Shown here: in pieces, positions 53,845 to 63,377 of the stretch | How positions within the stretch are numbered: the first letter of the stretch is position 1 | Layout: each line of letters opens with the position of its first letter | From: Bifidobacterium breve | GTDB lineage: Bacteria; Actinomycetota; Acidimicrobiia; IMCC26256; JAENVU01 | DNA: 64,000 nucleotides | Assembly: GCA_945865605.1 (NCBI GenBank) | Contig: CAMBEL010000002.1 | Coordinates: 24,473-88,472 of the forward strand | Direction of reading: 5' to 3' | Translations under genes and position numbers: made by a program | Notes under the pieces: generated by a model | Databases searched by the model: none | Seen by the model: only the letters and a program-made list of their open reading frames with translations | What the model was told of the DNA's origin: nothing

Positions 53845-54921
53845 ATGTCGCTGTTACAAACGAGTTGGACCGAGACTGAACTACTGGCAGATGAACCAAA
53901 TCTGGAACCGCTGATCGTTGGTGGTCATCGGTGTCATGGTGGGTTCGATGAATCGGGTCAGTACCGTTCACCTCGGACGCATTTTCGCAATCCGGCTATC
54001 GCTGCTTGGCAAGCCCAACACAGCGCAGACTTCAACACCAGCCTCTTAGACGTCCCGCTCGATACGTGGCCGCCAACCTCGCCCAATGTCGCTCAATCCA
54101 AGTTTCTGTTGTCCGAGGGAGTCCGAGCGCCAGTTATTGTTCAGTTGACGAGGATCGGAACTGTCGAGGGATTCGGCGCGGCGATGCGTATGTGGAATGT
54201 TCCTGATCGGCAGCGGTTCTTTGTGGAGTCGATAGCGGGTACGACGATCGAGCATCTCGACCGGGGACTCTTTGAGGCACAGGCGAGAGATGAAGCTGGT
54301 TGGGAAGACGAGTACGGCCATCGCGATATGTGGTGGGCTGCTCGAGATGTCGCGTTCGAGAACCCAGAAGTTCAGGACATGACCGAGCTCATGCTCTTTC
54401 GCTTAGGAGTTACATCCGCTCCGGGCGCGCCGGTACCGGATGCTGCGGCTATTCGAGGGCAACAGCAACAAGCGCAGGTATTCCCTGGCATCGACCTAGA
54501 CGCGGAGTTGATGATCCAAAGAATGATCGGGTTACTCCTCATCGAGATATCTGCGGCACACCTTTTCGCGTGGGCTGAGGAATTACTTTCAGACACGAAC
54601 CTCGTCGCAGGAAGCGGTGAGGCAGCGCGAATCGTGTCTTACATACGGCAAGACGAAGCACCTCACGTTGAATACTTGCGGACTGCTCTAACCGAGATGC
54701 GCGATAGAACATTCGTCGGGGAGCACCACAACATTCCGGGCTCCGAAGTCATCGGCACCCTCTGGGAAAGAGGCATCGCGGAGTCGACAGGGACGCGCCG
54801 TGATGAAAGCCTGGCGTTGGCTTTGCGAGAGGTAGAGGCCGGGCTTATCGACCATCCTCGACGTGACGAGATTCTTGCGAACTACAAAGCGCTCGGTGTT
54901 ATCAACCCGAGCATTAGCTGA
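53845..54921 (+). CDS. Hypothetical ferritin-like diiron-carboxylate protein (putative oxygenase)
   Basis: Four-helix diiron ligand pattern read in order: TVEGFGAAM (E), WEDEYGH (EXXH), LLLIEISAAH...AEE (E), QDEAPHVEY (EXXH). No TM or signal peptide. The ATG lies 13 nt after the rpmE stop. Confidence 0.55.
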   Translation: MSLLQTSWTETELLADEPNLEPLIVGGHRCHGGFDESGQYRSPRTHFRNPAIAAWQAQHSADFNTSLLDVPLDTWPPTSPNVAQSKFLLSEGVRAPVIVQLTRIGTVEGFGAAMRMWNVPDRQRFFVESIAGTTIEHLDRGLFEAQARDEAGWEDEYGHRDMWWAARDVAFENPEVQDMTELMLFRLGVTSAPGAPVPDAAAIRGQQQQAQVFPGIDLDAELMIQRMIGLLLIEISAAHLFAWAEELLSDTNLVAGSGEAARIVSYIRQDEAPHVEYLRTALTEMRDRTFVGEHHNIPGSEVIGTLWERGIAESTGTRRDESLALALREVEAGLIDHPRRDEILANYKALGVINPSIS

Positions 54922-54929
54922 GTCGACGC

Positions 54930-56297
54930 GTGAAGTTCGGACTGTTCTATGAGCACCAATTGCCGCGTCCATGGGAGGCAGATAGCGAACAACAACTGTT
55001 TCAGGATGCGCTTACCCAGGTCGAATATGCCGACGCGCTAGGCATTGATTACGTCTGGGCAGTAGAACACCACTTTCTTGAGGAGTACTCGCACTCAAGC
55101 GCTCCCGAAGTTTTTCTTGCCGCCGTGTCGCAACGCACGAAGCGCATGCGCCTTGGTCACGGCATAGTTCAGACGCCGCCAGCCTTTAATCACCCTGCGC
55201 GCATCGCAGAGCGCATTGCCACACTCGACTTGGTATCGAATGGCCGCGTGGACTTCGGCAGTGGTGAGAGTTCATCGGAGGCCGAACTCGGTGGTTTCGG
55301 GGTCGACGCAACAATGAAACGTGAGATGTGGGAAGAGGGTCTACGGGTAGCGATCCGATGCTTGAGCGAGTCTCCATTCACTGGACATGCTGGCGACTAC
55401 ATCACGATGCCACCACGCAACGTTGTTCCGAAACCAGTTCAGCGTCCTCACCCACCGTTGTGGGTCGCGTGCAGTAGGCGCGACACGATCTTGTTAGCTG
55501 CGCGTAAGGCGATCGGTGCTCTCGCGTTCGCATTCGTTGACCCAGAGGAAGCTCGCACCTGGGTGGACGATTATTACAAGACCCTCGAAGCCGAGGGCGT
55601 ACCAATTGGCGACACTGTCACTGCAGAGGTCGCTGCCGTTACCACATTCATGTGCCACGAAGATGAGAACGTCGCTCTAGAACGGGGTATAACGGGAGCA
55701 AACTTCTTCGGCTACTCGCTGGCGCACTATTACGTGTTCGGTCGCCATGAACCCGGCATCACGAGCGTCTGGGACGAGTATGAAGCGCGACGCGCTGATC
55801 ACGGATTCGATCCGGAACAAGTCGTCGCGGCCGCGACCAATCAAGCTCGCCTCGGCGCCAAGGTTGTTGAAGATGGGACCGGAGGATTGCGGGGAGCGAT
55901 CGGCACCCCAGACCAGGTACGCGAGTACCTATTGCGTTACGAAGAAGCAGGAGTCGACCAGGTGATCTTCTGTTCTCAGGCCGGGCGCAATCGGCATGAA
56001 CACATCATGGAGAGTCTCGAGTTGTTCGGTACGAAGATTCTTCCCGAGTTTGCTGAACGCGAAGAACGCGCAGCGCGTGAGAAGGCGAAGCGCCTTGAGC
56101 CGATCATCGAAACCGTGATGGCGCGCAAGCCAGCAAGCGACCACCCGCCGCTTCCTGTTGCCGACTATTCGTTTCCAGCCATTCCGAGGGCGATGGCAGA
56201 CCGTGCTGGCTCGGATGAGTTCCACGCCTTGCTCGACAACTTTGCAGAGCAGTCGGCATTGGGACCAACTGACGAGATGCGCAATCTCATCGGTTGA
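54930..56297 (+). CDS. LLM-class (luciferase-like) flavin-dependent oxidoreductase
   Basis: MKFGLFYEHQLPRPW..., GIDYVWAVEHHF and LDLVSNGRVDFGSGES are typical luciferase-like monooxygenase blocks. GTG start 8 nt after the preceding stop. Confidence 0.85.
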   Translation: MKFGLFYEHQLPRPWEADSEQQLFQDALTQVEYADALGIDYVWAVEHHFLEEYSHSSAPEVFLAAVSQRTKRMRLGHGIVQTPPAFNHPARIAERIATLDLVSNGRVDFGSGESSSEAELGGFGVDATMKREMWEEGLRVAIRCLSESPFTGHAGDYITMPPRNVVPKPVQRPHPPLWVACSRRDTILLAARKAIGALAFAFVDPEEARTWVDDYYKTLEAEGVPIGDTVTAEVAAVTTFMCHEDENVALERGITGANFFGYSLAHYYVFGRHEPGITSVWDEYEARRADHGFDPEQVVAAATNQARLGAKVVEDGTGGLRGAIGTPDQVREYLLRYEEAGVDQVIFCSQAGRNRHEHIMESLELFGTKILPEFAEREERAAREKAKRLEPIIETVMARKPASDHPPLPVADYSFPAIPRAMADRAGSDEFHALLDNFAEQSALGPTDEMRNLIG

Positions 56298-56386
56298 CGG
56301 CCTACACGCCACGGTTCTTGCGCGGTCTGGCTGGTTCGAGCGGTCTTCGCTGATTGGTGCGGGTCGGCAGATACCCTTGGCGGACC

Positions 56387-57457
56387 ATGTTTGATCGCTT
56401 GTCAGATTTAGAGGATGAACTGGCCAAGCTTGAATCGCAACTGTCGGAGATCTACGCGGCGGGGGATCAACGCGCATCGGCCGAAGCAGGCAGGCGTTTC
56501 TCGGAGTTACAACCGGTCGTCGAGGCCTACCGCGAACATCGAAGTATTTCGGTCGAACTTGCCGAAGCCCGGGCGATGATTGCAGGCGAAGAAGACGTTG
56601 ACATGCGTGAATATCTGCGGGTAGAGATAGAAACGAAAACCACTCGCATGGCCGAGATCGATGCCGTCCTCAAGGAGTTGTTGGTTCCTAAGGATCCAAA
56701 CGACGGCAAGAACGTGGTCGTTGAGATACGGGGCGCCGAGGGTGGCGAAGAAGCAAATATCTGGGCGAGTGATTTATTGCGTATGTATGAGCGCTACGCA
56801 GAAATCCGAAAATGGAAGCTTGAGATGTTGGCGAGCCAGCCATCGGATATGGGCGGCATCCGTGAAGTTTCGTTCGTGCTGCGTGGACCCGATGCTTGGA
56901 GTCGATTGAAACACGAGGGAGGCCCGCACCGTGTACAGCGGGTGCCATTGACCGAAAGCCAAGGGCGAATTCATACGAGCGCGGCGACTGTCGCGGTGTT
57001 GCCCGAAGCTGAAGAAATTGATGTGCAGGTAGATCCGAACGATCTCGAGATCGACGTCTACAGATCGACAGGTCCAGGAGGCCAATCTGTAAACACGACT
57101 GACTCTGCTGTGAGGATTACCCATAAGCCAACAGGATTAGTCGTTACGTGCCAAGACGAGAAGAGCCAACTCCAAAACAAAGAGAAGGCGCTGCGTATTC
57201 TCCGGTCGCGCTTGGCGCAGATCGAGAGCGATCGCCAGGCGAGCGAGGTCGCCGACACGCGGCGCAATCAGGTTGGCAGCGGTGGAAGATCTGAAAAGAT
57301 TCGAACATATAACTTCAAGGAGAACCGAGTAACTGACCACCGAATCGGACTCACGCTTCACAATCTCGATGGCATCTTGGCTGGCGACCTCGACGAGATT
57401 GTCGATGAACTGCTTGCAGACGAGCGTCGCCGACAACTTGAAGGCAGAGACAACTGA
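56387..57457 (+). CDS. prfA: Peptide chain release factor 1
   Basis: RVQRVPLTESQGRIHTS (PxT region) and GPGGQSVNTTDSAVRITH (GGQ). Start at MFDRLSDLEDEL. Confidence 0.95.
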   Translation: MFDRLSDLEDELAKLESQLSEIYAAGDQRASAEAGRRFSELQPVVEAYREHRSISVELAEARAMIAGEEDVDMREYLRVEIETKTTRMAEIDAVLKELLVPKDPNDGKNVVVEIRGAEGGEEANIWASDLLRMYERYAEIRKWKLEMLASQPSDMGGIREVSFVLRGPDAWSRLKHEGGPHRVQRVPLTESQGRIHTSAATVAVLPEAEEIDVQVDPNDLEIDVYRSTGPGGQSVNTTDSAVRITHKPTGLVVTCQDEKSQLQNKEKALRILRSRLAQIESDRQASEVADTRRNQVGSGGRSEKIRTYNFKENRVTDHRIGLTLHNLDGILAGDLDEIVDELLADERRRQLEGRDN

Positions 57458-57480
57458 ACGACATACCAAGTTGGTCCAGG

Positions 57481-58371
57481 TTGCGATCCGACACGGAAAT
57501 CGCGCTGACCGCGATTGGAGTCGAACGTCCTTCGACCGAGGCGCAATGGCTCGTTGAAGAAGTTTCGGGCATGGACGCGTCTCAACAACTCGCGCACGCA
57601 TCAGAGGGTGCCTCACGGCGTGCGGTATCAGCGCTGCAATTGCTCGTGGAGCGCCGTGCATCTGGAGAACCGTTGCAATATGTGCTCGGATCGTGGTCGT
57701 TCTGCGGGATCGACATATCTGTAGATCGTCGGGTGCTCATTCCGAGACCCGAGACCGAAGTTGTGGCTCAGGTCGCGATAGCGGAAGTCCGGAGATGCGG
57801 TGGACGAGTAGGCCCAACGGATGCAACTGATGCATGGAGCGGTAATTTAACGGTGTACGCCGTCGCCGACCTTGGAACGGGTTCCGGTGCGATTGCGCTC
57901 GCGCTTGCGGCGGCGCTTCCGGATGCTGAGATTTGGGCTACCGACGTAAGCGAAGGTGCGCTCGCTGTCGCGCGAGCCAACGTCGCGGGAGTTGCGGCCA
58001 CGCGCGTTCGTTTGGGGATCGGTTCATGGTTCTCTGCACTTCCGGATGCATTGAGGGGCTCGTTGTTAGTCGTGACATCGAATCCTCCGTATGTTTCTGA
58101 GGCTGAATACGAAACACTGCCGCTTGAGGTGGCTTCGTGGGAACCTGTGAGCGCGCTCGTAAGCGGACCCACGGGACTCGAAGCGATCGAGGTAGTTGTC
58201 GGCGAAGCACCATCTTGGTTGGCGCCCGAAGGAAGCCTTGTAGTCGAGATCGGAGCCACTCAAGCGAGTGCCGCGATCGCGCTGGCTCTAGACGCAGGGT
58301 TCGTCGAGGCATTCGTAATCAAAGACCTCGTCGGACGAGACCGCGTACTAGTAGCGCGCCTCACCTATTAG
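57481..58371 (+). CDS. prmC: Release-factor glutamine N5-methyltransferase PrmC/HemK
   Basis: SAM motif DLGTGSGAIALALA and catalytic SNPPYV. The TTG start is uncertain. Confidence 0.85.
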   Translation: MRSDTEIALTAIGVERPSTEAQWLVEEVSGMDASQQLAHASEGASRRAVSALQLLVERRASGEPLQYVLGSWSFCGIDISVDRRVLIPRPETEVVAQVAIAEVRRCGGRVGPTDATDAWSGNLTVYAVADLGTGSGAIALALAAALPDAEIWATDVSEGALAVARANVAGVAATRVRLGIGSWFSALPDALRGSLLVVTSNPPYVSEAEYETLPLEVASWEPVSALVSGPTGLEAIEVVVGEAPSWLAPEGSLVVEIGATQASAAIALALDAGFVEAFVIKDLVGRDRVLVARLTY

Positions 58372-58400
58372 CGGCGCCTTGCAACTGGCGCGATTGACGC

Positions 58401-58799
58401 TCAGATTCCTTCGTCAAAACGCTCGCTCGCGTCTAGGCGTTGGAGGTAAGCGCGATCCACTGCCACCCAGACGGTCTTCGAGAATGGATAGTAAAGAATC
58501 GGGCCTAGCAGTGCGATCGGAATGACAACCACCAATATGGGGACCACGGGAATTTCAGGGATGGTCGCGGCGAGTAGGGCTATAAAGACGATAGTGAACA
58601 ACCCGCCGGTTGCCATGATGTTGATAGCGAGCGCACCGGTGAAGTACCCGTTTTCGCGCTCGAAGTGAAGAGCACATTGGGGACAGTCGGGAACCATGTG
58701 GAAGTAATTACTGAATAGTTTTCCTGCCCCACAACGCGCGCACCTGCGAGTTATCCCCCACCACAATATTTGAGAGCGACTCGGGGTCAAGGTAGGCAT
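58401..58799 (-). CDS. DUF983-like small membrane protein with a zinc-ribbon
   Basis: RCARCGAGKLF...CPQCALHF followed by two TM helices. ATG at 58799, right after the upstream TGA (58801-58803). Confidence 0.7.
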   Translation of the reverse strand: MPTLTPSRSQILWWGITRRCARCGAGKLFSNYFHMVPDCPQCALHFERENGYFTGALAINIMATGGLFTIVFIALLAATIPEIPVVPILVVVIPIALLGPILYYPFSKTVWVAVDRAYLQRLDASERFDEGI

Positions 58800-58800
58800 G

Positions 58801-60318
58801 TCAGACGAGATTGTTCGTGACGCCATCGGCACGCATTGCAATTTCGCGGCCTTCCCATGCTTCTGCGCACATGGAATCGAGGTAATCACGGTCGTGGCTG
58901 ATAGCGAGCGCGCGTCGACCATCGTTGGCTAAGGCGCTAATGATTCCAAGACTTGTAGATCCGTCGCGATCGAACACGACGGAAGTTGCTTCCACTGTGG
59001 CTTTGCCATCGAATGGCCCAGTGACTTGGCGACGCGGCAACGCGTCGGCCGCGTCCTGGGTCACCGCTTGATCGACGAACTTGAATTCTGTGCTTGGTGG
59101 AGTTGTTGAGTACAGCCCGATCGAGTGTTTAGTCACGTACCAGCCGAGTGCAGTCACCATGCCGATTGATCCCGGATCCATGCGACAGGCATCAACCATG
59201 GCGGCAATGGAATGGGTTACGTAGTTGTTGCCCGGGCCCCCTGCAAAACCGAGACCGCCGGTCACGGTTAACGGCCGCGTGTCACCGCCCTCTGGACCAG
59301 AAAGATCGAGCGACGAAAGCGCTGCTTGCACCGCCGACGGGAAACAGGAGTAGAGGTCGAACCTGCTGATGTCATCGAGACAAGTTCCTGCAGCTTCGAG
59401 AGCAGCCCTGGCCGCGATTCCGATCGCGGTGGACTCCGCAAGTGAGTCGCGCTCAGAGAAAAAATAGTGATCATGTGCATCGGCGCCAGCTAACGGGAAG
59501 ACCATTTGAGAGTCCGGTACTCCGGCTGATTGTGCAGCCTCGTACGAACAGAGCAACAACGCTGCCGCTTGGTCCACATCGATGTTGGCGCACATGCGTT
59601 TTGTGTATGGGAACGCAACCATCCGATTTTTCGGAGAGATCTGTGTGATGTCGTTCGACGAATATGGAGAACCGGAGGATGCATTGGGATTTAGCGACGC
59701 GACTTCCGAGAAGTGCGACCAAAGTTGGCCAATGTGATTTTGGTGTGTCGCAATATCGTGGCCTAGCGCCGCGCGGCAAGCGGTCTCGAATAGTGGATAT
59801 ACCTGTGTTGGTGCGAGCGCGTGATGTGCCATCTCGAACTGGCTTGACCCCGGTCGTCCGTCGCCGCGAACGTCTGCGCACGGCGCGTCGTCGGCGGAAT
59901 GCCAAGGGAGCCAAACTTTGGGATCGGCGCGCATTGCTCGCAAACGTGTATTCATGCACTCGACCCCACCCACCAACACCGTGTCGTATTCCCCCAGCTG
60001 GATTCCTACGGCCAGTTGGTTCACGAGCATCTGTGGGCTATTGCCACCAACCGTTGTCGTAATCGCATGTTTCGGCGTTATCCCAAGCCTGCTGCCCAAC
60101 AGGGCAGATGGGTCGAGATACTTCCAAGAAAGAATGTCCACGACCGCTACGGTGTCGGCATTCGAGACTAGTGATCTTGATGAACCGGTATCTGCGTCGG
60201 CCAGTCGCGCCGCTTCGGCGAGCAGGTCAACGGGTTCGAGGCTGAGTTCTGGATCTTTGTGTCGTTGCGATATCTGACCGACGCCGACGATCACCGGCAT
60301 TCGCGGGGAAATGGACAT
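58801..60318 (-). CDS. Thiolase-fold protein lacking the usual nucleophile Cys, with an extra C-terminal domain (thiolase-like protein type)
   Basis: N-terminus PVIVGVGQISQR...EPVDLLAEAARLA and DTVLVGGVECM are thiolase blocks. The position normally holding C-(A/S)-SG reads VGGNSPQM. About 120 extra C-terminal residues. Start taken at the ATG at 60318. Confidence 0.7.
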   Translation of the reverse strand: MSISPRMPVIVGVGQISQRHKDPELSLEPVDLLAEAARLADADTGSSRSLVSNADTVAVVDILSWKYLDPSALLGSRLGITPKHAITTTVGGNSPQMLVNQLAVGIQLGEYDTVLVGGVECMNTRLRAMRADPKVWLPWHSADDAPCADVRGDGRPGSSQFEMAHHALAPTQVYPLFETACRAALGHDIATHQNHIGQLWSHFSEVASLNPNASSGSPYSSNDITQISPKNRMVAFPYTKRMCANIDVDQAAALLLCSYEAAQSAGVPDSQMVFPLAGADAHDHYFFSERDSLAESTAIGIAARAALEAAGTCLDDISRFDLYSCFPSAVQAALSSLDLSGPEGGDTRPLTVTGGLGFAGGPGNNYVTHSIAAMVDACRMDPGSIGMVTALGWYVTKHSIGLYSTTPPSTEFKFVDQAVTQDAADALPRRQVTGPFDGKATVEATSVVFDRDGSTSLGIISALANDGRRALAISHDRDYLDSMCAEAWEGREIAMRADGVTNNLV

Positions 60319-60404
60319 GAGCCGAGGAGCATACCGACGAGGCTCCGGGTATCCGGATCCCCGAACCTCCGACTGAATTGGTCGCCTCATATCGATAGGG
60401 TCAC

Positions 60405-61355
60405 GTGATGGCCGAGGTTGCGCTCACCGCGAAACAAATTGAGGTTCGTGACCAGATACTCGATCCTGGCGGAGATCGTCCCGTCTTTGATCTGGGCCTG
60501 GCTGAAGAATTGCGCGGTGAACTTGAAACGTCTCTCGCTCCCATCGCGGCGGCGTTGGAACCTCAAGATCAACTGTTCGTGAGCAAGCAAAAATTAAAGG
60601 ATGCGCAGACGTGCGAAGGCTTGTTGTATGCACGCGATCATGGGGTGTTCGAGATGAACAGCGCTATCGCTCGTGGCACGCTCGCTCACCGGTCTATGCA
60701 ACGGTTAATCGGGTCGGATTACGAGCTAACTCCGCTAGACGCGGTGCATGGCCTATTCGGAGACCTCATTGAAGATCCCGGTGGAGACTCTGCGGGCGAG
60801 TTTGTCCAGTCGATGGGTGCAGGAAAACGCGCCGAACTGTGTTCTGAAGTAGCCGACATGGTGATCAAGTTCGCAACAGATTGGCCACGGTTGAAGCGGG
60901 CCTGGAACCCACGCGTCGAGAGCCGGATCGCAGCGAGTTTCAGTGGAGGGTTGATTCGTCTGAGCGGCAAGGTAGATCTAGCCATCGGGAACCAGCGAGA
61001 CGGCGCCGCGGGTGTGTTCATCGCCGACCTGAAGACCGGTTTCGAGCGACATGACAATCTCTACGACGTTCGGTTTTATGCACTTCTCGAAACGCTGAGA
61101 AGCTCGGTTCCCCCATTTCGGATCGCGGTCTACTACCTCGATTCTGGTCAGTGTCATTGGCTCGACGTGACCGAAGATCTTCTGCGGTCCGAGGTGCGTA
61201 GGGTCCTCGATGGCATCGAGATATATCACCGGGTACGGAAGCAACGTAAAGATGAACTGCGTCGCACCCCTAACGGCCTCTGCCCATACTGCTCACTGTT
61301 TAATGACTGCGAGCCAGGCCAGGTGTCAGTCGCACAACGTGATTCCGACACTTAA
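60405..61355 (+). CDS. PD-(D/E)XK nuclease family protein, Cas4/AddB-like with a 4-Cys cluster
   Basis: GKVDLAI...FIADLKTG (D...D/E-x-K core), RFYALLE. One N-terminal Cys (QTCEG) plus C-terminal CPYCSLFNDC (CX2CX5C). Confidence 0.7.
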   Translation: MMAEVALTAKQIEVRDQILDPGGDRPVFDLGLAEELRGELETSLAPIAAALEPQDQLFVSKQKLKDAQTCEGLLYARDHGVFEMNSAIARGTLAHRSMQRLIGSDYELTPLDAVHGLFGDLIEDPGGDSAGEFVQSMGAGKRAELCSEVADMVIKFATDWPRLKRAWNPRVESRIAASFSGGLIRLSGKVDLAIGNQRDGAAGVFIADLKTGFERHDNLYDVRFYALLETLRSSVPPFRIAVYYLDSGQCHWLDVTEDLLRSEVRRVLDGIEIYHRVRKQRKDELRRTPNGLCPYCSLFNDCEPGQVSVAQRDSDT

Positions 61356-61391
61356 TCCCTTAGGGAGGATGCCGGTCGCGCCGAAGTTTGC

Positions 61392-63224
61392 ATGATGAAG
61401 CCGTACGATTTGTCGCACATGCATGACGAAACCTCCTCCAGTAAATCGACGACCGAGACCGACACCGTCTCGCGAGCGAAACGCTCTCGCGTAACTCGCT
61501 TCGTCCTGTTCGGTGGCCTGGCGGTCGTTTTGTTGTGGGCGGCGTTAGCGGGTCTTCAACTTTTTGAGGCACAGAAACGTGCGACTCGGGGAATTGATCT
61601 CCTTCGTGAAGCGAAGCAAAGCCTTGGACCAGCGGAACTGATCCGCGGCGACGGACTAGACGAATTGCATTCGGCTCAACGCGAACTGGATGCTGCGGCT
61701 GATGCCGCAGGGTCGCCGATTATCGCTCCATTCCAAATTTTGCCGATGGTGGGGCGCCAAGTGCGTTCAGTTCGTGCGCTCACCTCGTCCGCTGCGCAGG
61801 TAGTTGGTGCCGGGGTGACAACGATGGAGAAGTCATCAAACCTGCTCGATCAGCCGACCCGGGTTGGATCCGATCGCGTTGAGTTGCTGGAACAACTCGG
61901 CGGAGTCGCGCATGAGGCGCGTTCAGGGCTATCCACGATTTCGTTAGGTCCTTCGAACGCACTTGTTGGTCCGCTCGCGGACGCGCGCGCCGAACTATCT
62001 GCACGGCTTGGCGACGTACGCGATGGAATGGCTGACGTCGACGACGCTGCTACCGGGATTGCAGCGATGAGCCGAGGTCCATCGAAGTATTTGGTGCTTG
62101 CGGCGAACAATGCAGAGATGCGAATCGGATCAGGGATGTTGCTATCTGCCGGTGTGATGTCGATGCAGGATGGCCGTTTCGATCTGGGTCCAATGACGGA
62201 GACAGCTTCGTTGACTTTGCCCAATGGGTTAGTCCCTGTTGAGGGCGACCTACAAGCGCGATGGGGATGGCTTGATCCGAGCGCGGAATGGCGATACTTG
62301 TCGATGTCTCCACAGTTCAATGCGAATGCAGAACTGGCGGCGAAGATGTGGCAGGCGAAGACGGGAGAAGCTGTCGATGGTGTTATTGCATTAGACCCGA
62401 TCGCGCTGAAGAGCCTTCTGGCTGTTGTTGGGCCTGTGGAGGTCGAAGGAAAAACAATTACGAGCAAGAACGTGGTTAAAGAGTTGCTGTTAACTCAGTA
62501 CGTTGATTACGCACGCAATGGAGACGGTTCTTTGTGGATGTTGGGGCAAGCGGCCCGACGAGAGAGAAGTAGCGCGGTTGCGCGAGCGGTCGTCGCCAAG
62601 TTGGATGCAACCGAGTGGGACACAGCGGAGCTCGTTGAACAGTTGCGGCGCGCTTCTCAAGGGCGCCATGTTCTCGCGTGGTCGTCTATCGCCAAACAAC
62701 AACGCGCATGGGAAGGAGCGGGCATCTCCGGTCGCTTGTCAAATAACTCGCTGCTGATTGGTGTAGCGAATCTCTCTGGCAACAAACTCGATCAGTTCCT
62801 GCCGGTGACATCGGACCTCACCCACCGCAGAGTCAAGGGCGGAACAGAGGTATCGGTGGTCGTGACGCTCGAGGACCAGGCGCCGATGGGACTCCCCAGT
62901 TATGTAATTGGTCCGTATGACCCATCGTTCGTTGAAGGCGAGTACCGCGGCATCCTCTCAGCCTCCATTCCGAAGGTCTCTCGCGACATCTCGATCGAGG
63001 GTGGAGGCGAGCTTGTGGTATCCGGATTAGACGCGAGTACGAGGGTGGCAGGCATCTCGGTCGGTCTCCTTCGCGGTGAGAAAAAGTCATACATACTGCG
63101 GTTTACGGTGCCTAACGGGTATGAGACAATCCGCATTGAACCCTCGGCGCGGTACCCCGCAGTGCACTGGACCGCCAGTGGGAAAACGTGGGACGATAAT
63201 GGTCCGCGAACGATTAATTTGTAG
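61392..63224 (+). CDS. DUF4012-like membrane-anchored extracytoplasmic protein
   Basis: N-terminal TM (FVLFGGLAVVLLWAALAGL). The block KYLVLAANNAEMRIGSGMLLSAGVM matches my recollection of DUF4012. The family assignment is tentative. Confidence 0.6.
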   Translation: MMKPYDLSHMHDETSSSKSTTETDTVSRAKRSRVTRFVLFGGLAVVLLWAALAGLQLFEAQKRATRGIDLLREAKQSLGPAELIRGDGLDELHSAQRELDAAADAAGSPIIAPFQILPMVGRQVRSVRALTSSAAQVVGAGVTTMEKSSNLLDQPTRVGSDRVELLEQLGGVAHEARSGLSTISLGPSNALVGPLADARAELSARLGDVRDGMADVDDAATGIAAMSRGPSKYLVLAANNAEMRIGSGMLLSAGVMSMQDGRFDLGPMTETASLTLPNGLVPVEGDLQARWGWLDPSAEWRYLSMSPQFNANAELAAKMWQAKTGEAVDGVIALDPIALKSLLAVVGPVEVEGKTITSKNVVKELLLTQYVDYARNGDGSLWMLGQAARRERSSAVARAVVAKLDATEWDTAELVEQLRRASQGRHVLAWSSIAKQQRAWEGAGISGRLSNNSLLIGVANLSGNKLDQFLPVTSDLTHRRVKGGTEVSVVVTLEDQAPMGLPSYVIGPYDPSFVEGEYRGILSASIPKVSRDISIEGGGELVVSGLDASTRVAGISVGLLRGEKKSYILRFTVPNGYETIRIEPSARYPAVHWTASGKTWDDNGPRTINL

Positions 63225-63377
63225 CCACAGAGAGTGGCCTGGGTACCGAATTTTGCTCGGATTGCGTTAATAAAGGTCCCAAAATTAGCGTTTTGGTGGG
63301 GGTTGCACCTTCCGGTCAACATGGCTACACTAAGTGAACAACCGATGGCGGAGCCGCCAGGTGTGGAGGGGAAATTG

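Noticed and set aside
58174-58182. A further 9-nt match (GGACTCGAA) to the tRNA-Arg T-arm core, inside prmC
   Set aside because: It lies within a coding sequence, in frame with a normal protein motif, and is only a 9-mer. I treat it as a chance match. It lowers the significance of the repeats flanking the Tad cluster.
63278-63295. AT-rich hairpin CCAAAA-TTAGCG-TTTTGG in the gap before the LPXTG gene
   Set aside because: The stem is only 6 bp of A/T-rich pairs, with no U-tract context and no conservation evidence. That is too weak to call a regulatory element.
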